Shown in pieces: positions 31,340 through 40,805 of a stretch of 64,000 nucleotides of DNA. Made by a program: the position numbers and the translations under genes. This DNA comes from Vulcanimicrobiota bacterium. Lineage in GTDB: Bacteria > Vulcanimicrobiota > Vulcanimicrobiia > Vulcanimicrobiales > Vulcanimicrobiaceae. Every line of letters begins with the position of its first letter. Positions within the stretch are counted from its first letter, which is position 1. The stretch lies in contig CAWETW010000003.1 in assembly GCA_963812155.1 (NCBI GenBank), positions 1,238,544-1,302,543 on the forward strand. The letters run 5' to 3'. The notes beneath the pieces are model-generated. The model was not told where the DNA came from. It saw only the letters and a program-made list of their open reading frames with translations, and ran no database searches.

Positions 31340-31765
31340 GTGGCGATTGTCGCGCTGGACGTCGGGTCGAAACGCATCGGGGTGGCGGTTTCGGATCCGG
31401 GTCTGACGTTCGCGCTGCCGGTCGAGACGATCGAGCGCACCAATCTCGATGCGGATCTCGCGCGCATCGTTGAGCTGGCGCAGTCGTACGATGCGACCGA
31501 AATGGTGGTCGGCGATCCCGTGACCCTTGCCGGCGAACGCAGTTTCGCGGCCGCGAAGACCGATGCGTTCGTGGAACATCTGAAGCGTGTCTTTGCGGGA
31601 ACGGTACACCGTATGGACGAGCGCCTCACCACGGCGCAAGCAACCAAGACGCTCCTCGCGGCGGATATGTCGCGCAAGAAGCGCCGGCAAGTCGTCGATC
31701 GCATGGCGGCAGCGCTAATTCTCGAAACGTTTCTCGGCCGCCGCCGAAATCTGCGCGCACCGTGA
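31340..31765 (+). CDS. ruvX: Pre-16S rRNA nuclease / Holliday junction resolvase-like YqgF
   Basis: ALDVGSKRIGVAVSD, DERLTT, VDRMAAALILE. Confidence 0.95.
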   Translation: MAIVALDVGSKRIGVAVSDPGLTFALPVETIERTNLDADLARIVELAQSYDATEMVVGDPVTLAGERSFAAAKTDAFVEHLKRVFAGTVHRMDERLTTAQATKTLLAADMSRKKRRQVVDRMAAALILETFLGRRRNLRAP

Positions 31766-32760
31766 AGGCCGCCGCGCGCGTCGCGGCGGCGCTGTTAGGA
31801 GCCGCAATCGCCGTCACGCTCGGGGGCGCGGCATGGTGGTGGCATGCCGCATATCGCGACCGGGCGGTGCCCGCCGCACCGACGCAAGCGATCGTTCCGC
31901 AGGGAGCGACGTTTTCGGAAGTCGCGCGCCAGTTGGCGGCCGCCGGCGTGATCGACAACGTTCTCGCGTTTCGCGTGCTCGCGCGCTTGCGCGGACAAGA
32001 AGCCGACGTGCGCGCCGGCGAGTACCGCTTCGCCGCCCATCAAACGCAAGACGAGGTGCTGCGCGCGCTCGTGAGCCAAGGCGCACAGGTCGCAGCGTGG
32101 GTCACGGTTCCCGAAGGTTTCACGAGCCGGCAGATTGCACGACGGCTTGCGGATACGGGCGTAGGCACCGCGTCGCAGTTCGAGCGGGCCTTCGCGCGCG
32201 ACACGATGGTGGTTGCGGGCACCCGCACGAAAAGCATGGAGGGATTCCTGTTCCCCAGCACTTATTTGGTCGCGCTCGGCGCGTCGCCGCGGCAAGTCGA
32301 AGACGCGATGACGGCGCAATTTTTTGCGCATCTTCCGCACGACGCTGCGGTGCGGGCGCGGCAACTGCACGTCAGCGTACCGCAGGCGGTGACGGTCGCG
32401 TCGCTGGTCGAACGCGAGGCCAAGGCCGAAGCGGATCGCCCGCTGATCGCGGGCGTGATCTACAACCGGCTGCGGCTCGACGTGCCGCTCGAAGTGGATG
32501 CAACGATCGAATATGCGCTGCCCGAGCACAAGCGAGCGCTCTCGTACGCCGACTTGAAGATCGATTCCCCGTACAATACGTACCTGCACGCCGGCCTGCC
32601 TCCGACCCCGATTGCCAATCCCGGCGTCCCGTCGATGGAAGCCGCGCTGCATCCGTCGAAGACCGACTTCCTTTACTACGTGTATTGCGGGAACGGGCGC
32701 CACGTTTTCGCCAAAACGCTCACGGAGCATCAAGCCAACGTGGCGCGCTGTCTGCACTGA
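31762..32760 (+). CDS. mltG: Endolytic transglycosylase MltG
   Basis: TVPEG, EGFLFPSTY, ASLVERE, SPYNTY..GLPPTPIANPG. Confidence 0.95.
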   Translation: MKAAARVAAALLGAAIAVTLGGAAWWWHAAYRDRAVPAAPTQAIVPQGATFSEVARQLAAAGVIDNVLAFRVLARLRGQEADVRAGEYRFAAHQTQDEVLRALVSQGAQVAAWVTVPEGFTSRQIARRLADTGVGTASQFERAFARDTMVVAGTRTKSMEGFLFPSTYLVALGASPRQVEDAMTAQFFAHLPHDAAVRARQLHVSVPQAVTVASLVEREAKAEADRPLIAGVIYNRLRLDVPLEVDATIEYALPEHKRALSYADLKIDSPYNTYLHAGLPPTPIANPGVPSMEAALHPSKTDFLYYVYCGNGRHVFAKTLTEHQANVARCLH

Positions 32761-32791
32761 TGACACGCCGAAGAAGAAAGGAGCGCGAATC

Positions 32792-33106
32792 GTGACGGCT
32801 TCGAACGGACAGGGACCGGCCGCTCCGTTGGACGTGGGCGAAGTTCTGCAACTGCGGGTCGAGGACGGGTCGACCCTGGAGTACGAGGTGCGGGCGATCT
32901 TCGAGGACGCCGAAGCGCACGTCAGCTATGCCGTGCTCGAACGCGAAAGTGACGGCGAGGGCGATGGCGATGGCGATGGCGACCGCGAGGTAATCGTTAC
33001 GGATCTCGACGGCAACCTCATCGACGACGAGGATCTCGTTCGCGACGTGCTTGAAAACTACGACGTCTTCAGCGAAGAAGCCGGCGACTCGGGAGGCGCC
33101 GGTTAA
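32792..33106 (+). CDS. Small acidic protein (DUF1292-like)
   Basis: SD AAAGGAG before GTG; acidic EDGSTLEYEV...YAVL; position next to ruvX/mltG. Confidence 0.65.
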   Translation: MTASNGQGPAAPLDVGEVLQLRVEDGSTLEYEVRAIFEDAEAHVSYAVLERESDGEGDGDGDGDREVIVTDLDGNLIDDEDLVRDVLENYDVFSEEAGDSGGAG

Positions 33107-34242
33107 TTCGCGTTCTTTTTCTGTCGGCCAGCGTCGGCGTCGGACACCTCTCGGCCGCCAATGCCGTCTGCTGCGCGCTTCGCGAACGTGATCCCGGCGT
33201 GCGCACGACGGTCGTCGATTCGTATAAGTATGCCGCACTGGTCGTGTCGCGCGTCGTTTCCGACGGTTACCTTCAAATGGTCAAGACGATACCGCAGATG
33301 TACCGCTACATCTACGATCGAGCCGAACGCGCAACCGAGGTTGGTCCGTTTCGAACCTGGGCGCATCAGTTTACGGCCGGAAATTTGCGGCCGCTGCTCG
33401 AGCGGGAGCGGCCCGACGTGGTCGTCTGCACCCACGCGTTTCCGTGCGGCGCGATGGCCGAATACAAGCGGCTTTTCGACGACGCTCCGCCGGCGATCGG
33501 CATCGTCACCGATTTTGCGGTGCATGCGTTTTGGATGCACGCCAACATCGACGGGTACGTCGTGGCCAGCGACGCGGTTCGCGACGCGATGACGGCGCGC
33601 GGCATTCCGGGCGAACGAATCGTGGCCGCCGGCATTCCGGTTCGCCGTGAGTTCGTGCCCGGAAACGAAACTCGCGACGCGCTGCGCGAACGCCTGGATC
33701 TCCCGCGCGACCGCCACGTCGTGCTGATGATGGGCGGCGGCCTCGGCATCGGTCCGCTCGAGCGGATGATGCGAGCGCTCGAGCGCGTCTCCATTCCGTT
33801 GGCAGCGGTCGTAATCGCGGGGCGGAACGCGCGCAGCGAGCGGCGCGTGCGTGCGGCCGCCGAGAGCATCGGATATCCGGTGCGCGCGCTGCGGTTTGTC
33901 GAGAACGTCTATGACTACATGCACGCTGCAGATGCATTCGTGACCAAACCCGGCGGGTTGAGCACGGCCGAAGCGCTCGTGGCCGGGATTCCGATGGTCC
34001 TCTGCAAGCCGCTGCCCGGTCAGGAGGAGCGCAACGCGCGCTATCTCAGCGACGCGGGTGCGGCGCTGCGAGCGCGCCGCGTGCGCGAACTGCCGGCGAT
34101 CGTGGAATCGATTCTGACCGATTCGGCGCGTAGGGCTCGCATGGTTGGAGCGGCGCAGCGGCTCGCGCGCCCGGAAGCGGCAGGGGAAGCGGCGTCGATG
34201 ATTGCACGATTGGGAACGGTGCGAAGGGAGGTGGTTGCGTGA
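33106..34242 (+). CDS. MGDG synthase/UgtP-like GT28 glycosyltransferase (probable ATT start)
   Basis: RVLFLSASVGVGHLSAANA upstream of the first GTG; VCTHAFP, VTDF, MGGGLG, TKPGGLSTAEA, PGQEERNA. Confidence 0.85.
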   Translation: MRVLFLSASVGVGHLSAANAVCCALRERDPGVRTTVVDSYKYAALVVSRVVSDGYLQMVKTIPQMYRYIYDRAERATEVGPFRTWAHQFTAGNLRPLLERERPDVVVCTHAFPCGAMAEYKRLFDDAPPAIGIVTDFAVHAFWMHANIDGYVVASDAVRDAMTARGIPGERIVAAGIPVRREFVPGNETRDALRERLDLPRDRHVVLMMGGGLGIGPLERMMRALERVSIPLAAVVIAGRNARSERRVRAAAESIGYPVRALRFVENVYDYMHAADAFVTKPGGLSTAEALVAGIPMVLCKPLPGQEERNARYLSDAGAALRARRVRELPAIVESILTDSARRARMVGAAQRLARPEAAGEAASMIARLGTVRREVVA

Positions 34243-34787
34243 GCTCATTGCCCTCGTCGAGAGCATACGGCGGCTGGCTGGCGATCGTTCGCATCGTCAC
34301 GGGCCTGATCTGGCTCTCGCACGGCGTGCCGAAATTCATGCAAAGCGCGCGTTTTATGCCGCCCGGCGGTGCGATGGCGTCGTACGTGGCGCGCGGGCTG
34401 CAGACCGCAAGCCCTGCCTATCACGCATTTCTCGCCAACACCGTGCAGCCGAACATCATGCTTTTCGCGGAACTCGTGCGTTTGGGCGAGGTGCTCGTCG
34501 GCATCGCACTCGTGCTGGGCGCACTGACCCGCGTGGGAGGCTTCTTCGGAATCGTTCTGACGCTGAACTATCTCGCCGCGCGCGGACATCTGCTCTCGTC
34601 GGCGACGCTTCAGAGCACCGATTTCGCCTTGCTGATGCTTTCGTTTATCGCGCTCGCTCTGCCGGTAGGGCGCGTGTTGGGCGTTGACGCGCTGCTGACC
34701 AGGCGCGCCCCGCGCGTCGAACGCGTACGCGCGGAGTTCGTGCCCGAGCCGACGCGTCCAGGTCCGAGCGCGCCTCCCGATCCGTAG
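34239..34787 (+). CDS. DoxX/DoxD family membrane protein
   Basis: LAIVRIVTGLIWLSHGVPK, GEVLVGIALVLGALTR, GRVLGVD. Confidence 0.8.
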   Translation: MSSLPSSRAYGGWLAIVRIVTGLIWLSHGVPKFMQSARFMPPGGAMASYVARGLQTASPAYHAFLANTVQPNIMLFAELVRLGEVLVGIALVLGALTRVGGFFGIVLTLNYLAARGHLLSSATLQSTDFALLMLSFIALALPVGRVLGVDALLTRRAPRVERVRAEFVPEPTRPGPSAPPDP

Positions 34788-34869
34788 CGGCGCGGCAGAC
34801 GCGCCGGCGGACGGGTGAAGGGGACGGGCCGGGTCGCCGTTAAACAGGCGGGCTTGTCGTGCAGTCTCG

Positions 34870-34959
34870 GGAGAGATGGCCGAGCGGCTGAAGGCGGCGG
34901 TTTGCTAAACCGTTATACGATGTAAAGTCGTATCGAGGGTTCGAATCCCTCTCTCTCCG
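34870..34959 (+). tRNA. tRNA-Ser(GCT)
   Basis: Acceptor GGAGAGA/TCTCTCC, anticodon loop TTGCTAA, long variable arm, GGTTCGAATCC; CCA not encoded. Confidence 0.95.
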
Positions 34960-34974
34960 AATGATGCGTCATAA

Positions 34975-35048
34975 GCGGTCGTAGCTCAATTGGATAGAGC
35001 AACAGGCTACGAACTTGTAGGTTGGGGGTTCGAGTCCCTCCGACCGCG
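34975..35048 (+). tRNA. tRNA-Arg(ACG)
   Basis: Acceptor GCGGTCG/CGACCGC, loop CTACGAA, GGTTCGAGTCC. Confidence 0.95.
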
Positions 35049-35059
35049 GATGTCGAACG

Positions 35060-35087
35060 AGTCCCGTCGCAACAACGCGGCGGGACT
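35060..35087. terminator. Hairpin between the tRNA pair and the convergent protease gene
   Basis: AGTCCCGTCGC-aacaac-GCGGCGGGACT. Confidence 0.6.
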
Positions 35088-35091
35088 TCGT

Positions 35092-36651
35092 TCATTCCTT
35101 GTGCGGGATCATAATGAGATGGCCGTGCGGGTAGTCGAAGACGTAATCGAAGTGGCGCAGGAAATCGTAACCCACGAGAATGTTCCGTCCGGAAAACGAT
35201 GACGATTCGCAGGCCGGCGGTTGTTGGTAGACGATCGGACCCAGCGTGAGGGAATCGACGTGTCCGCACGACTCCACCTCGTATCCCCCAACGCCTCCGA
35301 TGTCCGGATGCGACTGCAGCATGCCGACGACCGAGTTGTCGACGAGCATGGCCAAGCCATACCGCGTGATGAGTTCTTTTCCGAACAGCACGTAGTAAAA
35401 GTTTCCGCTGTCGAGTTCGGCGCTCACGGGAATTCGGCCGTCCATCTTCATGGGAACGTTTGGCACGCCGTCGCTGAGGTCGACGTTGAGCGCGATGCCC
35501 GCACTCGCGTCGGTCTGTGCGGCGGACGGATCCGAGATCGTCAGTTGTTGCGCCGACGCGTTCAACCGAACGACCGCGCCGCCGAAGAGATCGAAACCGA
35601 TCACGCCGTCTGGGGCGTCGGAGTCCATACTGTCGGGAATCGAGTTGGCCACGACGTTCGACAAGACGTTTCCGCCGATTTCCAGGCTGTCGAGTTTGAG
35701 AATGTTTCCCTTTGCCGTTCCGGCGATTCCGCCGATGCTTTCGCTCGTCAGCGTCTTCACGGCGGCTTTTACGCCAAACGCGCGGGTGAGATAGATTCCG
35801 TCGGCACCGGTGTCGATGATGAAGCGTCCGGGCGTTCCGTTCACCTTCGCGTCGACGATGAAACGCGTATCGCTGACTTTGAACCCGAACGGCGCAGGAT
35901 TGGAAAACGCCCAGGTGGCACGCGGCGCAGGCGGATGAAGGTCGTTGTCGGTCACCGCGACGTTGGCATCGGTTTTTTCGACGGTCCAGGTCGAGCCGCG
36001 GCCGTAGCGGTACGAGCCGATGATTTTCTTTCCGGGCGATGCGTCGGTATATCCGAGCACGTGAATCGTCTCGGTTGAGGATCCGTCGGGATCGATCACT
36101 GCCTGCACGAAGGCGCCGCTATCCGGATCGACGTAGAGGTCGATCGGATAATCGTCTTTCATCGTTACCCTAACGATCTGCGTGGCTTTTCCGCCGACGT
36201 CTGCCGAGCCGCGCAGCGTTCCCGTCAGTCCCGAAAGCGCCTCGTTGAAGAGAAGATCCTCGGCGAGGGCCGCTTTCGCCGGGTCGCCGAAGGCCGGGGT
36301 CGTAAATCCGTTGACGTTGCTTTGCCAGAAGATATTGCCGGTGAATCCTTCGTCCCGCTGCAACCCTGCCCGCCTGTTTTGCGAGAACGTCGTGCGATAG
36401 ACGAGACCCTCGGAAACCGTTGAAAACGCGGCGGTCGTCTCACCCTTGGCGTTGACGGTGCGGCCCGTCAGACGCATGCTGCTAAACGTTCCGTCACCGA
36501 GTTGCCAGCCGACGAAGGCGCGGTGCTTCGCGAGCAGCCCTTGCGCGCCGGCATCTTCCACGGCGGAGGCTGGAACGGCCACGAGACATATGGTAATCGC
36601 CGCCGCGTACGCGATCGGCTTGATGAGAAAGAATGACGAGTGGTTCGACAT
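35092..36651 (-). CDS. Secreted protein with twin retropepsin-like aspartyl protease domains
   Basis: Signal peptide; FIIDTGADG...GVIGFD and AELDSGN...ILVGYDFL. Confidence 0.8.
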   Translation of the reverse strand: MSNHSSFFLIKPIAYAAAITICLVAVPASAVEDAGAQGLLAKHRAFVGWQLGDGTFSSMRLTGRTVNAKGETTAAFSTVSEGLVYRTTFSQNRRAGLQRDEGFTGNIFWQSNVNGFTTPAFGDPAKAALAEDLLFNEALSGLTGTLRGSADVGGKATQIVRVTMKDDYPIDLYVDPDSGAFVQAVIDPDGSSTETIHVLGYTDASPGKKIIGSYRYGRGSTWTVEKTDANVAVTDNDLHPPAPRATWAFSNPAPFGFKVSDTRFIVDAKVNGTPGRFIIDTGADGIYLTRAFGVKAAVKTLTSESIGGIAGTAKGNILKLDSLEIGGNVLSNVVANSIPDSMDSDAPDGVIGFDLFGGAVVRLNASAQQLTISDPSAAQTDASAGIALNVDLSDGVPNVPMKMDGRIPVSAELDSGNFYYVLFGKELITRYGLAMLVDNSVVGMLQSHPDIGGVGGYEVESCGHVDSLTLGPIVYQQPPACESSSFSGRNILVGYDFLRHFDYVFDYPHGHLIMIPHKE

Positions 36652-36809
36652 AGGCTCCTCCATGTGCGAACGCGCGCTCGTATAGCAAGCGCTCTTGCGG
36701 TCATGTTTTCGAAGCGCCGGGGAGGGGCCCTGCGCCGCGACGCCGTCCTCGCTTGCGCGGCAGGGAGGGTTTTGCTAGAGTACGGAAGCGAAGCGGGTAC
36801 CTGCCGTGC

Positions 36810-36881
36810 GGCTCGGTAGCTCAGCGGTAGAGCAGGGGACTCATAAGCCCTTGGTCGGGTGTTCAAATCACCCCCGAGTCA
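36810..36881 (+). tRNA. tRNA with CAT anticodon (elongator Met or Ile2; not initiator)
   Basis: Acceptor GGCTCGG/CCGAGTC with paired 1-72, loop CTCATAA, GTTCAAATC. Confidence 0.9.
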
Positions 36882-36891
36882 AGATTTAAGG

Positions 36892-36921
36892 CGTCGGCCG
36901 CCGAAAAGAAGGCGGCCGACG
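36892..36921 (+). terminator. GC-rich hairpin after tRNA
   Basis: CGTCGGCCGCC-gaaaagaa-GGCGGCCGACG. Confidence 0.6.
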
Positions 36922-36945
36922 TCGTTGTCGAGGTAATAGTCCGTC

Positions 36946-37180
36946 ATGTCCACCATACCGTGCGATTTCTGTCCCCATCCCGTCGATCGCGACGCAGATG
37001 GAAGAGATCGAGATTTCGCACTACGTCCCGGATAGTTCCGGCGACGATCTCGCGTACGCGCGCACGTATTTTTTCGGTCATCCCGATTGCGTGCGCAAGT
37101 TCTACCGATCCCTGGTCGATCACAAGCTCGATCTCTTCAAGCACATTCCCAGCGCGGGTCCTGCAATCCAGGAGCCGTGA
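36946..37180 (+). pseudogene. Small putative Zn-binding protein interrupted by a +1 frameshift near 36991
   Basis: MSTIPCDFCPHPVDR in one frame continues as TQMEEIEISHY...GHPDCVRKF in the +1 frame. Confidence 0.55.
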
Positions 37181-37189
37181 CGCTGGCGT

Positions 37190-37266
37190 GCGCCCGTAGC
37201 GTAGCTGGATAACGCACAGCCCTCCGAAGGCTGGGATCGGGGGTTCGAATCCCTCCGGGCGCGCCA
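37190..37266 (+). tRNA. tRNA-Arg(CCG)
   Basis: Acceptor GCGCCCG/CGGGCGC, loop CTCCGAA, encoded CCA. Confidence 0.95.
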
Positions 37267-37296
37267 TTTCTCAACGACGCGTAGCGGCGCGATAGG

Positions 37297-37776
37297 ATGA
37301 CGGTAAGCGACGAAGAGTGCATGCGGCGAGCCTTGACGCTCGCCGCCCAAGCCGAACGCGCCGGCGACGTGCCGGTGGGCGCGGTGCTCGTCAGCGGCGC
37401 ACTCATCGTCGAAGCGTGCAACGAAAAAGAGTCGAGCGCCGATGCGACCGCGCATGCGGAGATGCTCGCGCTGCGCCGCGCGTCGCGCGCGCTGGGGACG
37501 TGGCGTTTGAGCGACGCGACGCTCTACGTTACGAAAGAGCCGTGCATCATGTGTGCCGGCGCGATGATTGCGGCGCGCATTCGCCGTCTCGTCTATGCGG
37601 CCAACGATCCGAAAGGCGGCGCCGACGGCGGTGCGTTCGATCTGCTGCGATCGCGCGCGACAAACCATCGCATCGAGGTTGAAGCCGGCGTGCTGCAATC
37701 CGAAGCATCCGCCCAACTGCAGCGGTTCTTTCGCGCACGCCGAGCACGTGAAGGCATCGAACGGGCCTCGCCATAA
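37297..37776 (+). CDS. tadA: tRNA adenosine(34) deaminase
   Basis: VPVGAV, AHAEM, LYVTKEPCIMCAGA, DPKGGA, FFRARR. Confidence 0.92.
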   Translation: MTVSDEECMRRALTLAAQAERAGDVPVGAVLVSGALIVEACNEKESSADATAHAEMLALRRASRALGTWRLSDATLYVTKEPCIMCAGAMIAARIRRLVYAANDPKGGADGGAFDLLRSRATNHRIEVEAGVLQSEASAQLQRFFRARRAREGIERASP

Positions 37777-37794
37777 TAAGGCGCCTCGCGGCGC

Positions 37795-37885
37795 GGAGAG
37801 GTGGTCGAGTGGTTGAAGGCACCCGCCTCGAAAGCGGGCGAACGTGATGAGCGTTCCGAGAGTTCGAATCTCTCCCTCTCCGCCA
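37795..37885 (+). tRNA. tRNA-Ser(CGA)
   Basis: Acceptor GGAGAGG/CCTCTCC, loop CTCGAAA, long variable arm, encoded CCA. Confidence 0.95.
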
Positions 37886-37924
37886 TAACATACGAGGGCC
37901 CATTCGGGCCCTCGTATGTTATGG
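37883..37924. terminator. Perfect 19-bp-stem hairpin
   Basis: CCATAACATACGAGGGCCC-attc-GGGCCCTCGTATGTTATGG. Confidence 0.7.
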
Positions 37925-38021
37925 AGACGCGTTGGCTCGGAACTCTCGGAACGCTCATCAGCGAGGCGCGCAGCGCCGAGCGGTATTAAAACTTCGGTGC
38001 GCGCGCGTTAGCGCGCTGCAC

Positions 38022-38052
38022 CGTTCCGAGAGTTCGAATCTCTCCCTCTCCG
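38022..38052 (+). repeat. 31-bp direct repeat of the tRNA-Ser(CGA) 3' end (att-like)
   Basis: CGTTCCGAGAGTTCGAATCTCTCCCTCTCCG identical to 37852-37882. Confidence 0.9.
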
Positions 38053-38061
38053 ATGTAGAGA

Positions 38062-38085
38062 AGACCCGGTCAAACGACCGGGTCT
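38062..38085. terminator. Hairpin after the duplicated tRNA end
   Basis: AGACCCGGTC-aaac-GACCGGGTCT. Confidence 0.55.
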
Positions 38086-38088
38086 CGC

Positions 38089-38136
38089 TCGTCCTTCGAC
38101 TGCGCATCGCTGCGCGATGCTTCGCTCAGGATGACA
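38089..38136. repeat. REP-like intergenic repeat, copy 2
   Basis: Same ends as 15841-15877, with a longer internal palindrome GCATCGC-tgc-GCGATGC. Confidence 0.75.
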
Positions 38137-38172
38137 CCAAACGGAAGATCCGCTCGGCAACCACGCGTCGTG

Positions 38173-38931
38173 CTACTGCGGTGAGGGCGAAGAAGGCGGA
38201 GAAGGTGAAGGGCGCGGCGTGCCGGCGAGGCGAGGGTCGGGCGCTTCGGAGGGAAACGCGATGTCGCTGAACGTGACGTCGGCGACGACTTTGAAGGTGA
38301 GAAAGACGGCGTGCTCCGTCGCGCTAAACGTGCCGTGCGTGATAACCCAGTGTCCCTGGATGACGTGGTAGTCGAGCGAGATGGTTTCATCGTCGCCCCC
38401 GGTGACGCGTATTTCGATGTGCGACGGCAGATGGGTCTGCGCGTCTTCGACGACTTCGCTCGGATAGAAACCGGTGACGCGATGCGTCGGGTCGATAAGC
38501 AGGTGGATTGCGGCTTCGGTCGAGTCGGCAGCGTAGCGCGAGTTCCAGTAACTGTTGTACGGCACGACGACGTTCACGCCCGTATCGGGCGGTGGCGTCG
38601 CCAGATAGAGCGGTTGTCCGCGCTGAACCGTGATGTCGACGCGTTTGAGATTGGCGAAGTAGCTGAATTGAAACGCCGACAACGGATCGAAATACGCGAT
38701 GATTGGAAAAGCCTGCCCGGTACGGCTTCCTCCGTTGGGCAGATCCTGCATTACGGCGAAGTTGTCGGCAACGCGCACGGCGACCGAACGATTGATGTCC
38801 TGCGCGCGCCCCAGCCCCGCAGCCGTCACGTGGGTGCGTTCGGTGTACGTCATGTACTGCGGCGGGTTCGCCTGGTAGTACTGGCTCGTGCGATTGATGA
38901 GAATGGCGAAGGCAAGGTCGGCGGGTATCAT
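38173..38931 (-). CDS. Hypothetical exported beta-rich protein
   Basis: SD GAGGGAG before [11 protein letters not shown]; beta-strand-rich body; Pro/Ser tail. Confidence 0.65.
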   Translation of the reverse strand: MIPADLAFAILINRTSQYYQANPPQYMTYTERTHVTAAGLGRAQDINRSVAVRVADNFAVMQDLPNGGSRTGQAFPIIAYFDPLSAFQFSYFANLKRVDITVQRGQPLYLATPPPDTGVNVVVPYNSYWNSRYAADSTEAAIHLLIDPTHRVTGFYPSEVVEDAQTHLPSHIEIRVTGGDDETISLDYHVIQGHWVITHGTFSATEHAVFLTFKVVADVTFSDIAFPSEAPDPRLAGTPRPSPSPPSSPSPQ

Positions 38932-38989
38932 CGTCGGCGCTCCCTCTTCGCGGGCGGGAACGCCGGTACCGCCGCCTAACCTTCGCGCG

Positions 38990-40165
38990 ATGGCCGTCGA
39001 AGCAAAAGATTCCTTGGCCGCGCGCGTGGTCGAGCTGCGGCGCGCCATCCACCGGCGGCCGGAGTTGGGCTTCGAGGAGCACGAGACCGCCGCGCTCATC
39101 GAGCGGGAACTGACGGCGCTCGGCATCGAGCATCGCCGCGTCGCGCAGACCGGAGTCGTCGGCATCGTGCGCGGCGAACGTCCGGGCCGCGTCGCGGCAC
39201 TGCGTGCCGATATGGACGCATTGCCGATCGGCGAACGCAGCGGATTGCCGTTCGCTTCGGAAATCGCAGGAAGGATGCACGCCTGCGGGCACGACGCCCA
39301 CGTGGCGATGCTGTTGGGAGCGGCGCGCGTGCTTGCGTCGCGACGAACGGCCCTTGCGGGCACCGTCGTGCTGATTTTTCAACCGGCCGAGGAAGGGCCG
39401 GGCGGGGCGCAACCGATGATCGAGCAAGGCGTGCTCGACGATCCAAAAGTCGATGCGATCGCGATGCTTCACGTCGACGTGCGCTTGGAAGCAGGCACGA
39501 TCGGCATCACGCCGGGTCCGGTGAACGCCGCGGCGGACGAACTCTATATCACCGTACGCGGCAAGGGCGGCCACGGCGCCTACCCGCACACGGCCGTCGA
39601 TGCCGTGCCGGCAGCGGCGGCGTTGATTTTGGCGCTGCAGAACGTGGCGGCGCGCGAAACCGACCCGCTGGAGAGCGTCGTCGTGACGATCGGAACGCTG
39701 GCGGGCGGCTATCGCAACAACGTGATCGCCGACGCCGTCGAAATGTCGGGAACGATCCGTACGTTCGATGCCGCGTTGCGCGACACGGTGCACGAGCGCG
39801 TCGAACGCATTGCCGGCGGCGTCGCGCGCGCGTACGGCGTTGCCGCGGACGTGCGTATCGTGCGTGGATATCCGCCGGTCGTCAACGACGCGGCGCTCGC
39901 AGAAAGCGCGACGAAATACATTGCCGCGCACACCGGCGTGCACGTCGTCGCGGCGCGCCCCACGATGGGTGCTGAAGATTTCGCCTATTTTGCGCAGCGC
40001 GTACCGGGGTTGCAGATTCGTTTGGGCGTGCGCGGCGAACGTGCCGGCGCAATACATCCCGGCCATAGCGCGGAGTTTCGCATCGACGAAGACGCGTTGA
40101 CCGTGGGCGTGGAATCGCTCGTCGCCTTCGCGACCGGCGCGGGCAACGGGGACATTGGTGCATAA
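38990..40165 (+). CDS. M20 family amidohydrolase
   Basis: [47 protein letters not shown]. Confidence 0.93.
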   Translation: MAVEAKDSLAARVVELRRAIHRRPELGFEEHETAALIERELTALGIEHRRVAQTGVVGIVRGERPGRVAALRADMDALPIGERSGLPFASEIAGRMHACGHDAHVAMLLGAARVLASRRTALAGTVVLIFQPAEEGPGGAQPMIEQGVLDDPKVDAIAMLHVDVRLEAGTIGITPGPVNAAADELYITVRGKGGHGAYPHTAVDAVPAAAALILALQNVAARETDPLESVVVTIGTLAGGYRNNVIADAVEMSGTIRTFDAALRDTVHERVERIAGGVARAYGVAADVRIVRGYPPVVNDAALAESATKYIAAHTGVHVVAARPTMGAEDFAYFAQRVPGLQIRLGVRGERAGAIHPGHSAEFRIDEDALTVGVESLVAFATGAGNGDIGA

Positions 40166-40233
40166 CCATCCACAATCGGGTGGATGAATTGCATCGGCAG
40201 GTTTCGCAATGGCCCCGGCGAAGGCGCGCGAAC

Positions 40234-40737
40234 ATGGCTGTAGCGAGCGATCCCTATACCATTTCAGGACGCCGCCCGCTCTACGCGAGTCTCGAAGTCG
40301 ATAGCAGCGCCGAAGAGGCGTTCGGCTTGTTGTGCGCGGTAGAGAAGTGGCCGGTGTGGCTCTCCTTTTTGCGCAGCGCACGACTCGTACATTCGAAGCA
40401 ACCAATCGGTGTCGGCAGCGAAGTCGTCATTCGCTCGTCGGTTTCCGGCGAAGAAGAGCAGCTCTACGAAGTCGACGCGTTCATGACGAACTATCACCTT
40501 TCGCTGGTCGGCGCGTACTCCGTGCGGCGGCGTCTCGACTTTCGCATCGAGCGGCGCACGTCGTGCTCTCGCGTGCACGTCCGCCTAGCCTATCCCGCGT
40601 ACCACGGGCGTTTTGGGGCACTGGTCGACGACTGGCGGCGCGGCCGCAAATTGGCGGCGGCGCTGGAGGATGCGCTGATCCACTTCAAGGGACTCGTGGA
40701 ATTTCGCCGGGACGGACCGGCGCTCGCCGATCTCTAG
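40234..40737 (+). CDS. SRPBCC/polyketide cyclase-like protein
   Basis: EEAFGLLCAVEKWPVWL start, beta-grip pattern, C-terminal helix LEDALIHFKGLVE. Confidence 0.7.
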   Translation: MAVASDPYTISGRRPLYASLEVDSSAEEAFGLLCAVEKWPVWLSFLRSARLVHSKQPIGVGSEVVIRSSVSGEEEQLYEVDAFMTNYHLSLVGAYSVRRRLDFRIERRTSCSRVHVRLAYPAYHGRFGALVDDWRRGRKLAAALEDALIHFKGLVEFRRDGPALADL

Positions 40738-40754
40738 CCGGCGCGCTCGTTGGC

Positions 40755-40794
40755 CTGGCAGTCGTTGACCTAGAGTGCTAAATATGGGTATACT
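40755..40794 (+). promoter_or_regulatory. CIRCE (HrcA) operator overlapping a sigma70 promoter
   Basis: CTGGCAGTC-N9-GAGTGCTAA (right arm perfect); TTGACC-18 nt-TATACT. Confidence 0.75.
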
Positions 40795-40805
40795 GCCCTA
40801 GAACC

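Noticed and set aside
32955..32985. GGCGAT hexamer tandem repeat as a phase-variation tract
   Set aside because: In-frame Gly-Asp low-complexity loop; slippage would not shift the frame.
38387..40405. Long antisense or shadow ORFs (also 6105-8216, 15903-17777, 21606-22976)
   Set aside because: They overlap well-supported genes, lack motifs, and are expected in high-GC DNA.
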